Assembly (NCBI GenBank): GCA_964597575.1
Contig: CAZQXB010000001.1
Location: 704,595 to 768,594 of the forward strand
DNA: 64,000 nt
Reading direction: 5' to 3'
From: an uncultured Gammaproteobacteria bacterium
GTDB lineage: Bacteria; Patescibacteriota; Patescibacteriia; Magasanikbacterales; UBA922
Under the pieces are notes generated by a model that searched no databases, was not told the origin of the DNA, and saw nothing but the letters and a program-made list of their open reading frames with translations. A program made the position numbers and the translations under genes. Of the stretch, positions 36,383-45,942 are shown piece after piece (the stretch's first letter is position 1; every line of letters begins with the position of its first letter).

Positions 36383-37807
36383 GTGATGAAATCTATGAAA
36401 CACATTCACTTTATTGGTATCTGTGGAGTAGCGATGAGCGCACTTGCCATTGCTTTTCATAAAAAAGGATACCGTGTTACTGGTAGCGATGTTGGGTTTT
36501 ACCCTCCAATTTCAACACACCTCGAAAAACAAGGGGTGAGCTACTATGCAGGCTGGCATCCAGAAAAAGTCTTAGCTGAATTTGTATCCAAAAACTCAAA
36601 CGACGAATACCTCGTGATTGTGGGAAACGTAGCAAGCTCGAACAATCCAGAATGGCTCTTTGTAAAAGAAAACGGCATTCCCTATCTTTCTTATCCAGAA
36701 GCCGTAGCAACATTTTTTGTCCGCGAACACTCTATCGTGGCAGCCGGAACATACGGGAAAACTACCTCAACCACACTTTTGACTTGGATTTTAGCTCAAG
36801 CGGGTTTTGACCCTAGTTACATGTTTGGCGGCCTCACCATCGACCCCACGGACGCAGCAGCTATTACTGAAAGCTCTTGGAGCATTCTTGAAGGCGACGA
36901 ATATAAATCGAGCCGCTTTGATCTTCGGCCAAAATTTAGCCATTACAAACCCACGCACCTTCTTCTTACCGGCATGTCTTGGGATCATGTAGACGTCTAC
37001 CCTACAGAAGAATCGTATGTTGAAGCATTTACTACTCTTATAGCAGGAATGCCAAAACAAGGGCTCATTGTAGCGAATCAAGACGATTCCCGGGTAGAAT
37101 CCTTAACAAAAACATTTACCGGAACACGAATCACCTATGGTATGGGCCCTGAAGCCAATGTTCGCTACAGCAGTATAGAGCAAAAAAAATCAGGACTTAC
37201 TTTTACCATTACTGCAGACGAAAAAGAATGGGTAGTAACCAGCCCCATGCTTGGAGCTTACCAAGCAGCAAATATTACCGGGTGCTTTGCTCTGGCTCGT
37301 GCCATTGGCATTTCTCCAGAAAAAATAATCGCAAGCATCGCCTCTTTCAGTGGTATTAAGCGCCGGCTTGAAAAACGCCTCGCTGACCCAGTAACCATTT
37401 TTGACGATATCGCACACTCACCTGCCAAAGCAGCCTCTGTTCTCCAAACGCTCCGCGAACTTACGAGCGGAAAATTGATTGCTGTTTTTGAACCAAACAG
37501 TGGAAACCGGGAAGAGAGTGCCAAACCCCTCTATACCCATGCGTTTGACCACGCAGACGAGGTTATCATTCCCCGGCTTACCAACATCAAAATTGACCTT
37601 ACCAAAAAAGAACGCCCTATGGATGGCGAGACCCTCACTGAAGTAATTGCACAAACGCACAAGAATGTTCATCACATTGACGACGACGAACAACTTGTTA
37701 CCCACCTCAAAAAAACCGCCAGACCGAACGACTGCATTGTGTTTCTCGGTTCCCACGGTTTCCGCGGAATGATTGAACAGACGGTTGAACTATTCGCGAA
37801 AAATTGA
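36383..37807 (+). CDS. UDP-N-acetylmuramate ligase of the MurC/Mpl family (Mpl-like signature)
   Basis: HFIGICGVAMSALA and TGSDVGFYPPIST resemble Mpl (YPPMS). Also has the Mur-ligase P-loop GTYGKTTST and a C-terminal domain. Confidence 0.85.
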   Translation: MMKSMKHIHFIGICGVAMSALAIAFHKKGYRVTGSDVGFYPPISTHLEKQGVSYYAGWHPEKVLAEFVSKNSNDEYLVIVGNVASSNNPEWLFVKENGIPYLSYPEAVATFFVREHSIVAAGTYGKTTSTTLLTWILAQAGFDPSYMFGGLTIDPTDAAAITESSWSILEGDEYKSSRFDLRPKFSHYKPTHLLLTGMSWDHVDVYPTEESYVEAFTTLIAGMPKQGLIVANQDDSRVESLTKTFTGTRITYGMGPEANVRYSSIEQKKSGLTFTITADEKEWVVTSPMLGAYQAANITGCFALARAIGISPEKIIASIASFSGIKRRLEKRLADPVTIFDDIAHSPAKAASVLQTLRELTSGKLIAVFEPNSGNREESAKPLYTHAFDHADEVIIPRLTNIKIDLTKKERPMDGETLTEVIAQTHKNVHHIDDDEQLVTHLKKTARPNDCIVFLGSHGFRGMIEQTVELFAKN

Positions 37808-37811
37808 AGAA

Positions 37812-37976
37812 CCTACTTCCCCTCATCAGTCACCTCAACGACAGCGTTTTTGTCATTCATCTCAAGGACAAGCAAAGAAATGCCGCACATGGGGCATTCC
37901 ACAACTTGATCTTTTGCGAAGGTGTGATACGATGAGGTATCAATAGAATTTTTACATTCTGGGCAGATAAAATGCA
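37812..37976 (-). CDS. LysW-like / zinc-ribbon small protein (54 aa)
   Basis: MHFICPECKNSID...VVECPMCGISLLVLEMNDKNAVVEVTDEGK has two CPxC pairs and an acidic tail. Below the ORF-track length cutoff. Convergent with the ligase gene. Confidence 0.35.
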
Positions 37977-38037
37977 TATGGGTATGTGAAGAGAATACCC
38001 ATAGTATACAGAAGCCAGCCCAAATATTTCAAGAGCT

Positions 38038-38925
38038 ATGAAGACCCCGCAAATTACCTACCCTTTGCTTGCCGCCGCCCTTGGCGTTTCTGAGGTTATT
38101 TTAAAACGGGAAGATCTTCACCCCTACGGCTCTCACAAAGGAAGATCTATCCCGCTCATGATGAAACACTATGTCAAAGAAGGATGGCAGTCTTTTTCTC
38201 TTTCTTCATCAGGAAATGCAGCCCTGGCCGCAATTCATACTCTTCTTCAGCACAATAAGAATAACCCCGGAAAAGAAATTACCCTCAACATTTATGTTGG
38301 CGAACACATTGACAGCGGAAAATTAAAACGTCTTTCCGAGGCAAGCGAAAATAACACTCGTATTGCTATTCTTCAAGACGCGCGCCCAAAGCAGCGGGCA
38401 TTTCAAGATGAGGCAGAAAAAAAAGCCAAGAATCTTCGCCAATCAACCGATGATTTAGCGCTTGTAGGCTATCATACTTTAGCCGATGAACTTCAAAAAA
38501 TTGAACATCTGAGCGATATTTTCATACCCACGTCCTCCGGCACCACCGCCCAAGGCCTCCTTGAAGCTTTTATCTCTCGAGAAAAACCGATACGCATTCA
38601 CATTGTGCAGACAACCGCTTGTTTTCCTTTAGCGGAAACATTTGTTCAGGAACTTCCTACAAAAACAGAGACATCCTTGGCAGGCGCTATTGTTGATCAC
38701 GTGGCCAACCGGAAACAAGCACTCACCTCTCTCCTTCAAACCCACCAAGGAAGTGGTTGGATAATCGCAGATGAGGAAATCTCTACAGCTCTTACCCTCG
38801 TCAAACAAACATGCAACCTTTCTCTTTCGGCAAATGGTGTTCTCGGCGTGGCTGGGCTTCAAAAAATGAGAAAGCAAGGCCTTCATGTTGAAGGAGCAGC
38901 AGTGTGTATCGTTACTGGACAGTAA
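38038..38925 (+). CDS. fold-type II PLP-dependent enzyme (PALP / tryptophan-synthase-beta-like family)
   Basis: LKREDLHPYGSHKGRS (Schiff-base Lys) and SSSGNAALAAI (the S-G-N motif). 295 aa. Confidence 0.6.
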   Translation: MKTPQITYPLLAAALGVSEVILKREDLHPYGSHKGRSIPLMMKHYVKEGWQSFSLSSSGNAALAAIHTLLQHNKNNPGKEITLNIYVGEHIDSGKLKRLSEASENNTRIAILQDARPKQRAFQDEAEKKAKNLRQSTDDLALVGYHTLADELQKIEHLSDIFIPTSSGTTAQGLLEAFISREKPIRIHIVQTTACFPLAETFVQELPTKTETSLAGAIVDHVANRKQALTSLLQTHQGSGWIIADEEISTALTLVKQTCNLSLSANGVLGVAGLQKMRKQGLHVEGAAVCIVTGQ

Positions 38926-38945
38926 GGAAAAGACGGGGAAGAACC

Positions 38946-41900
38946 TTACTCTTTCTCTAAAGAAACATCTTCGGCAATAAACGAAGCACCTTCTGCTTTT
39001 GCCTTATCCGAGATGCTTGAAAGCTCTTTTGCCACATACCCTGTCCGTGTAAAATGGAGCGTGTACGTATTATTTCCCACCAAAAAGGCATACTGGCCTT
39101 TTTTATTTGTCACAAAAGTATCAACGAGCTTATTGTACTCAGACGCAAACAGACGGACGACGGTGCCAGGAAGTGCCTGTTTTGTTTCTCCATCAAATAC
39201 CTGACCCCAGTGTCGAGGTTTCTTTGGTACTAAAAATTTCGTAAAGAGGATATACGCAAAAAGCTGGAGAAAACCAAACAGAACAGCCACCCAAGTAAAG
39301 GTCACAAGCAAACTTGCAGCAAGGATAAAAAATCCAGACAATGCTACACCATGCTGAACCACACGAAGACGACGTTGCCTCAAAATTCTCTCCGGTGTTT
39401 TCTGCTCTACCCCAACAGGATCAAGGGCAATCGGGTAGCCTAAACCCACACTTCCATCCTCAACCACAATAAGTTCCCCATGATAGACGTCTGCAAACTG
39501 ACCATCATTCACTAAGTCTAGTGGAATAATTTTTGTCGGTTCAAAACCACTCTTTCCAACCTCAATGCGGTATTCCCCGGGTTCAGCTAAAAAGACATAC
39601 CGACCCTGCACATCAGTGACACGAGTTTGAACAATTTTATTGGTGGTATTGTTAATCAAGCGAACTACGGCCAAATCAATCGGTGCTTTCGACAAACTGT
39701 GGTACACCACGCCCCATTCTTTTTGTTTGGTACGCCCAAGAAGAAGAAAAGGCTGAAGAAAAACATAGTAGAACAGCGGCACGCCGGTTCCGGCAAAGGC
39801 CGGAGCTAAGGCAAGAACAGGAAGAACACCAACCGTTGGCACGACAATCGTTTTGGTGACTGCTTCTACCTCAGGATCCTCGGCCCAAGCGCGAGCACCA
39901 CTTAATAAATCAAGAAGAGCCTGACGTGCAGCTTCAAATGCACTGAGTTGCTCTTGAGAAGCATTCGCTTCTGTTCCCCCAACTTCATTACCACCTTCTC
40001 CGCCAGGCCCTGCAAGGCGTATCCGATACGTGATCGATGGATTAAGAACATTGTTCGTTACCGTAAACACTCCTGCATCGACTGCGTTTTTTCCTGATTC
40101 TTGAAGCGCAAGTCGATACGTACCATTTGGCACCATAAAGACATAACTTCCATCACTTGCGGTAGTTACGGGATTCATCTGTCCATACGCAGTTCCGTCC
40201 CAGAGCTCGGTCGTATCACCTCCACCAATTCCAGCAGTATAGAGCATAACTTGTATACCCGCTACTGGGGCCAAACGTTCTTCGTCATATACGATTCCGC
40301 GAGGTAAACTTTCAATAACCACTTGATGAACATCGGTTACGTCTCGATAATACGTAATAAGCTCTCCCGGATATTGTGCTGGCTCACCGAGTGGGATGTC
40401 GGCTTCATACGAACCAGAATCTAAATCAAAAGCCAAAGGATACGTCGATTCGTTGAACTTCAGTTCGATCAGATACACTCCCTGTTCAGCCAAGCCTTCT
40501 CCATTCACATTCACAGAAAGAGAATCCCCTGCCACACCCGCAATTCGAATAAGTTCAGTGTCTTTTGTAACTTGTACTGGCGCAACACCAACACTTCCCC
40601 CTGTCCGCTTTGTAGTAAGAGTAAAATCAACCACCGTTGAAGTTGCAGCTACAGGTTCTGTTGGAGCTGGAGCACATTGAGCACCTGTGCGACCACCGAT
40701 AATCTTTCCATCCCCTACCGCAAGGTGGGAATTTGGCCAAAGAAGAAAATTATTTTCTTCTACCCCATTTTTAAGTAAACGAAAGCGAATTTGGTGTTTC
40801 CACAGGGCCTCGAGGTAAAGCATTTCAATTTTCACCCTTTCCTCCACACACTCTTTGACTACCTCAACGACAACATCATTATAATCTTTATCAATATCAT
40901 TTGAATCTTCAAACAAAATACGTTGAATATCCGTTGCATAATCAACAACTCGCACATTTGGCCCTCCCATATGCCGTTCGGTTCCATCAGGGTTCACAAT
41001 ATACATGTCATACGACATGGTGTTGCAATCAAACGCACACATATTGCCCGAAACAGGAGTGAACACAGCCGGAGCAGTTGACGACACGCGCACGGCTTGT
41101 GGAGGCGGAGACGGTGGTCTTGCTGGAGGCACGACCGGTGGGCGTGCCGGAGGTGGTGATACAGGGTTTGGTGTCGCAGGCGGAGGCGTTACTGGAGGGT
41201 TTAGGGTAGGTTCTGGCACTGGCTCTGGTTGTACAGGAGGCGCCACTTGAGGCGGCGGCACTGGTGCGACCGAAGCAGCGCTTCCGCATCCGTTTACCGT
41301 ATCAAGCCGCACGTCAGCGGTAAGATGCGGACTCATCCTTCCTCGCCCATTCTGAAATTTTACATGAAGGGTGTATATTCCATCACTTGTCGAAGGCAGC
41401 TGCCACGAAACAACCTCTACCTCACCTTTCATAGAACGCCATACACCCACAAACGGATAGGTATTTTCAAGCAAGTAAGAAACAGCTTCTCCAGATCGGA
41501 GAGTTACGTTCACAAAAGGTGAAGTTACACAGGCGGGCGCTTCAATAGTACCCCCAATTTCACCACCGAAATAGATAAATGAACCACCCGGGGATGGAGA
41601 AGGAGTCGGGCTTGGACTCGGCGAAGGTGAAGGACTCGGTGACGGAGCAGGTGGTGGGGGCGGCGGAGGTGGGGGTGGGGTTGGAGGAATATCACTAATG
41701 AGTGCAGAAGCCGACGCTGTATTATTTATTGACGTGATATCAGCCCCACTATCGAAAATGGTTGCTGTATTTTCCAATGATCCAGTAAAACTCCCCAGTG
41801 CGGTAACAGCAAACACTACCCCACCACTTCCACTTACAGCAACAGTACCAATGGTTGTTGTACACGTTGTTCCCGCTACCGCCTCATTCGAACAGCTCCA

Positions 41901-43442
41901 TGTTCCGGTACTTGAAGCACTTGAAAATACACCACCCACCGGTACAGTGGTTGAAATATATACACCACTTGCAGAAGCGTCACCAATATTGGAGTAATCA
42001 AAAGAAAAAAGTACGGTAGAACTTGAATATGTTGACGTTGGACTTTCGGTATTGGTCAAAGCAAGGTCAGGTGCTGTCGCACTTGGGGTACCAGTAAACC
42101 CAAAATCCATGGAGGTGAACACCATTCTACTGTTTGACGGATAGGGAACAATACTTGTAACGAGAGAATTCAAATGAGCTCCCGTACCCGTCGCAGTCCC
42201 ATCAGAATCGAGAAAATTATCAAAAGAGGCGCTCTGATCATCCCCAACATTAGGAGTAGTGGTCGACAATCCCGCCAAAGCACTCTGATCAAGAGGAATA
42301 ACTAGATAATAGCCACTATGCTGTTGCAGCGTCGTCGATACGTTCAAACTAGCATTAGTACCGAATGTGTATATCCCATCGGCAGTAGTAGTCGCCTGCC
42401 CTAAAAGGGATGTTAATTCGCCTGCATATAAACGCACCACAACCCCACCAATACCCGGCTCTCCAGCATCTTGAAACCCATCACTATCAAGGTCATTCCA
42501 AATACGATCACCAATTTGGGGAATATGTGCCCCGGAATAGGCCATAAACGCAAAATTAATACCAGAGGCTGGACTTTCGACGAACGTAACATTTGGGTAT
42601 GAACTCCCTACAGCATATCCAAGATAACGTGTAGATGATGAAAAGTTAAACGTTTGCAAGCGCACATCAGTTCCATCTGCCACATCAATACCATATTGCC
42701 CAGAACTATTTGTTCTACACGCATCAATAAGTGTGTTTGAAGAGTCATACACTTCGACGACAACACCCTGCGCACCCGTCTCCCCACCATCAAAAACACC
42801 GTCAGCGTCAGCATCAGTAAAAGCTGTACCAGTAATATCTGTCCCGGTACACTCAGGTGGCGGAGTAAAAGGAATATTATTATTATCAATTCGAGGAGAA
42901 GAAGATGCGTTCAAATCAAAAGTAAGATAATAAGGATTCGCTGCACACCCCCCAGGAATTACACCCCCTGGCGGTGAGGCACCGATATTAATTGTACTTT
43001 GAGAGGTACTAGCAAACGGCCCCGCTTGCGGTAAACACGTGGTACTGAGTGTATACCCCGGAGGAGGAGTTATATTCATCGTATACACACCCGGAACCAT
43101 GGGTGTACCCGTAGCAAGCCAGGTATAGAATCCATGATTGGGTAGATAGCGATCGTCATAAATTAGGGTTCCAAAAAGTCCTGTATTATAGGCAAAATAC
43201 GTGGCACCGCCAGGCGGAGCCGAAATAGTGAGGTAGCCACCGTACAGAGGATAATGACCATTGGATTCGTCGTAAAAATATCCACTCGGGTCTATCGGGT
43301 CTTTTTCCTTATTCAAAAGATATGACTCTTCATCTTTCTGGTGAGGAATAAGAGGTATTGCAGCAAAGACGAAAATAAAAAACAAAGCAAAAAATAAAAA
43401 CTTCTGCTTCCCTCCCTGTGTTAAATGCATCAAAAATTTCAC
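38946..43442 (-). CDS. giant (1498 aa) cell-surface adhesin-like protein
   Basis: N-terminal signal anchor. Repeated Cna-B/SdrD-B/CarboxypepD_reg-like beta-sandwich signatures (NSSGQYGIDVADGT, DGIYTFGT, DGSYVFMVPNGTYRL, QGRYVFLAEPGEYRI, KGQYAFLVGNNTYTL). DUF11-like region. Long PPPPPPPPPPAPSPSPSPSPSPSP and PxPP linkers. Hydrophobic helices near the C-terminus. Confidence 0.7.
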   Translation of the reverse strand: MKFLMHLTQGGKQKFLFFALFFIFVFAAIPLIPHQKDEESYLLNKEKDPIDPSGYFYDESNGHYPLYGGYLTISAPPGGATYFAYNTGLFGTLIYDDRYLPNHGFYTWLATGTPMVPGVYTMNITPPPGYTLSTTCLPQAGPFASTSQSTINIGASPPGGVIPGGCAANPYYLTFDLNASSSPRIDNNNIPFTPPPECTGTDITGTAFTDADADGVFDGGETGAQGVVVEVYDSSNTLIDACRTNSSGQYGIDVADGTDVRLQTFNFSSSTRYLGYAVGSSYPNVTFVESPASGINFAFMAYSGAHIPQIGDRIWNDLDSDGFQDAGEPGIGGVVVRLYAGELTSLLGQATTTADGIYTFGTNASLNVSTTLQQHSGYYLVIPLDQSALAGLSTTTPNVGDDQSASFDNFLDSDGTATGTGAHLNSLVTSIVPYPSNSRMVFTSMDFGFTGTPSATAPDLALTNTESPTSTYSSSTVLFSFDYSNIGDASASGVYISTTVPVGGVFSSASSTGTWSCSNEAVAGTTCTTTIGTVAVSGSGGVVFAVTALGSFTGSLENTATIFDSGADITSINNTASASALISDIPPTPPPPPPPPPPAPSPSPSPSPSPSPTPSPSPGGSFIYFGGEIGGTIEAPACVTSPFVNVTLRSGEAVSYLLENTYPFVGVWRSMKGEVEVVSWQLPSTSDGIYTLHVKFQNGRGRMSPHLTADVRLDTVNGCGSAASVAPVPPPQVAPPVQPEPVPEPTLNPPVTPPPATPNPVSPPPARPPVVPPARPPSPPPQAVRVSSTAPAVFTPVSGNMCAFDCNTMSYDMYIVNPDGTERHMGGPNVRVVDYATDIQRILFEDSNDIDKDYNDVVVEVVKECVEERVKIEMLYLEALWKHQIRFRLLKNGVEENNFLLWPNSHLAVGDGKIIGGRTGAQCAPAPTEPVAATSTVVDFTLTTKRTGGSVGVAPVQVTKDTELIRIAGVAGDSLSVNVNGEGLAEQGVYLIELKFNESTYPLAFDLDSGSYEADIPLGEPAQYPGELITYYRDVTDVHQVVIESLPRGIVYDEERLAPVAGIQVMLYTAGIGGGDTTELWDGTAYGQMNPVTTASDGSYVFMVPNGTYRLALQESGKNAVDAGVFTVTNNVLNPSITYRIRLAGPGGEGGNEVGGTEANASQEQLSAFEAARQALLDLLSGARAWAEDPEVEAVTKTIVVPTVGVLPVLALAPAFAGTGVPLFYYVFLQPFLLLGRTKQKEWGVVYHSLSKAPIDLAVVRLINNTTNKIVQTRVTDVQGRYVFLAEPGEYRIEVGKSGFEPTKIIPLDLVNDGQFADVYHGELIVVEDGSVGLGYPIALDPVGVEQKTPERILRQRRLRVVQHGVALSGFFILAASLLVTFTWVAVLFGFLQLFAYILFTKFLVPKKPRHWGQVFDGETKQALPGTVVRLFASEYNKLVDTFVTNKKGQYAFLVGNNTYTLHFTRTGYVAKELSSISDKAKAEGASFIAEDVSLEKE
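41590..41700 (-). repeat. coding low-complexity repeat (Pro/Ser-Pro) inside the adhesin gene
   Basis: (GGN)n on the plus strand encodes PPTPPPPPPPPPPAPSPSPSPSPSPSPTPSPSP. Likely length-polymorphic. Confidence 0.5.
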
Positions 43443-43518
43443 AAAAACAATCAGGGTATTTGAAAGGGACTATACCACACCCAACCTCATTTACCAATAG
43501 ACCTGTGCACAACCATTT

Positions 43519-44220
43519 CTACTTCACCGCCAAAATAAAGATATTCTCACCGAGTTCGACAGATGACTCCTCACCTTTATTGATAAAATAATTTTTTTCT
43601 ACGGTAAAGTGTGCTTCCAAAAGGAGAGTTTGTAATTCCGAAAGAGAAAAACCGTAATAAATGCGCTCACCAAGCGACTCCCCTGACCCAATTTTCCACG
43701 GAACACTCATATTCTTCCCATCCGGAAGTCGCACAAATGAGCCGGTAGCCACCTTACCCTTTACCCAGTCATTCTCTAAATTCCAGTTAAGCATAATAAG
43801 TTTTCCTCCGGGTTTCAGCACACGCCATATTTCTTTCAACGCTTGTTTTTGTTTTTCAGGAGTCGGCAAATGATGAAAAGAGGCAATTGCATATACTGCA
43901 TCAAAAGATGCGTCCCTATACGGCAAATGGGTCATCTCCCCCACATCGAAAGATATATCAGGAAATTTCTCTCGTGCCAAAGCAATGAGTTTTTCACTCT
44001 GATCAATACCCGTGTAATCGATGAGCACCCCCTCAAACAATTGAAATAACCGCCCGTTGCCACACCCAACATCAAGCACGCGATCCCCTGTTTGAAGAAA
44101 ATTATAAAAAAAAGGCGCTTTCAGATCTTCCCACAAATACGCACGCGTACCGGAAAAGAGATCGGCCACTCTATCGTAGACGTTCTTGTTTTGTTCAATA
44201 ATCTGTTCAGCATGATCCAT
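43519..44220 (-). CDS. class I SAM-dependent methyltransferase
   Basis: VLDVGCGNGRL (motif I) and LKPGGKLIM (motif III). Confidence 0.75.
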   Translation of the reverse strand: MDHAEQIIEQNKNVYDRVADLFSGTRAYLWEDLKAPFFYNFLQTGDRVLDVGCGNGRLFQLFEGVLIDYTGIDQSEKLIALAREKFPDISFDVGEMTHLPYRDASFDAVYAIASFHHLPTPEKQKQALKEIWRVLKPGGKLIMLNWNLENDWVKGKVATGSFVRLPDGKNMSVPWKIGSGESLGERIYYGFSLSELQTLLLEAHFTVEKNYFINKGEESSVELGENIFILAVK

Positions 44221-44279
44221 ATGTATTCGCTAAGTGAGGTAGGTTAAAGTATACTTAATCTACTCTTGAATCTCAATAT

Positions 44280-45062
44280 ATGTCGTTGATCGTTTGTATT
44301 ACAGGGGCAAGTCGTGGCATTGGTCGAGCTATCTCTTATGAATACGCGAGAAAAGGCGCAGAACTTATTCTTGCCAGTCGTGGAAGTGAAGAACTGAGCG
44401 ACTTGAAGACTGAGTTAGAAAAAGTAGGCGCTACCAATGTACACGCGGTTCCTTGTGATTTCTCAAAAGATGGGGCGAAGATACTTATCGAGTATGTCAT
44501 GAAGAAAAACATCGTACCTGACATAGCTATCCTGAACGCTGGTCTTGGGTCATACGGACCATTTATTACCATTCCGCAAGAGAAGAATGATGAAATGATT
44601 GCGGTAAATATTACGGCTCTTACTGAATTGGCCCGATCATTTGGCGAAACCATGCATGCACGTGGTTCTGGTCAAATTCTTTTAACTGCATCAACAGCAG
44701 CATTTCAAGCTGGGCCCCTTATGGCCACATATTTTGCAACTAAGGCTTATGTGTTATCGCTTGGACTTGCGCTACGCGAGGAATTCGCATTACACGGTAT
44801 TCAAGTATCTGTTCTTTGCCCAGGGCCAACCCAAACCAATTTCAGTGCTGTAGCCCATACGGAAAGCATCAGTGTTTTTGACACCAAACGAACCGATAGC
44901 GCTGAACATGTAGCACGTGTCGCAGTGGAAGGATTACAGAACAATAAGGCAATTATTATTCCCGGAATAAAAAATGCCTTTATTGTATTTTTGACCGGAT
45001 TTGTCCCAAAAACTTTGGCTGCGCGAATCGTGTTTCACCTCTTCATGAAAAAGAAAGAGTAA
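44280..45062 (+). CDS. short-chain dehydrogenase/reductase (SDR)
   Basis: ITGASRGIGRAI (TGxxxGxG), NAG, and catalytic Y..K (YFATKAY). Confidence 0.85.
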   Translation: MSLIVCITGASRGIGRAISYEYARKGAELILASRGSEELSDLKTELEKVGATNVHAVPCDFSKDGAKILIEYVMKKNIVPDIAILNAGLGSYGPFITIPQEKNDEMIAVNITALTELARSFGETMHARGSGQILLTASTAAFQAGPLMATYFATKAYVLSLGLALREEFALHGIQVSVLCPGPTQTNFSAVAHTESISVFDTKRTDSAEHVARVAVEGLQNNKAIIIPGIKNAFIVFLTGFVPKTLAARIVFHLFMKKKE

Positions 45063-45076
45063 AAATCATTTTTATC

Positions 45077-45520
45077 TTAAACAATCTTTTTCAAATCACC
45101 GCGAATGACAGTCGGTCTCATTGCCAAATACTCTTCTCTTGAATTCATCTCCGGAATATCATGTAAAAAGAAAATCTTTTTTTCCAAATAAAACGCTAAG
45201 CCAACTTCTAAAAACGTATTTGGTCCAATGTAATTTGGAATATCATTTTTATCATAATTCAACACAAGAATCGCATCTGACCACGCCACCTTATCAAAAT
45301 GCCACCTGATGGCCTCCGCCTTTCGCTCCCAAATCCAACCAGCATCTATGTTTGAGGCCTTGCGTTTAGCGTAATACTCTTTCACCGGAATCATAACTCC
45401 GTTTTCATCTTTTACCTCATACGGAGGAAGTTTCACTTCATGCCCGAGGACTTCAAGTTCTTTTTTCGCCTCATCCATTTCTGCATGAAAGGCAATGCTG
45501 CCGCAAATAGTAATTTTCAT
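45077..45520 (-). CDS. hypothetical protein, possibly nucleoside 2-deoxyribosyltransferase-like fold
   Basis: MKITICGSI... N-terminus and DAILVLNYD...IGPNTFLEVGLAFYLEKKIFFL resemble the Ndt-like Rossmann pattern. Weak. Confidence 0.35.
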   Translation of the reverse strand: MKITICGSIAFHAEMDEAKKELEVLGHEVKLPPYEVKDENGVMIPVKEYYAKRKASNIDAGWIWERKAEAIRWHFDKVAWSDAILVLNYDKNDIPNYIGPNTFLEVGLAFYLEKKIFFLHDIPEMNSREEYLAMRPTVIRGDLKKIV

Positions 45521-45537
45521 ATTATATAATATTTTTT

Positions 45538-45927
45538 CTATCTTCTTCCTCCCCTTGGACTATTCGGTGGCATATAGTGACCGGTCTCGTTTTTTCCGGG
45601 TGTAAATCCAACAGTGGGGGCAGCATCAAGATGGACCTTCCGAACCAAAGTTAGAGTAGGCGTATCAATCATTGCCCCACTCACTTTATCCCAAATTTTC
45701 GCTCTTGCAGTTCCCACAATATACCCACGCTCTGTATTTGCCCTACGAATCAAGATCTTTCCTTCTTCATCAGATGGTAGAATTTCCCAATCGCCTTCTT
45801 TCTTACACCCTAAAGTATGTACCACAAACTGCTCAACCACTGCGGCTGACACGCCAAACTTCTCTTCTAGTCTTGCAGCGAGCGTCTCGAAAGAAAATGC
45901 TTCGACTGGCTGTGGTTCATGTTCCAT
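45538..45927 (-). CDS. hypothetical protein
   Basis: 129 aa ORF in the same minus-strand run as 45077-45520 and 45943-46251. No recognised motif. Confidence 0.35.
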   Translation of the reverse strand: MEHEPQPVEAFSFETLAARLEEKFGVSAAVVEQFVVHTLGCKKEGDWEILPSDEEGKILIRRANTERGYIVGTARAKIWDKVSGAMIDTPTLTLVRKVHLDAAPTVGFTPGKNETGHYMPPNSPRGGRR

Positions 45928-45942
45928 AAAAATAATAAATTT

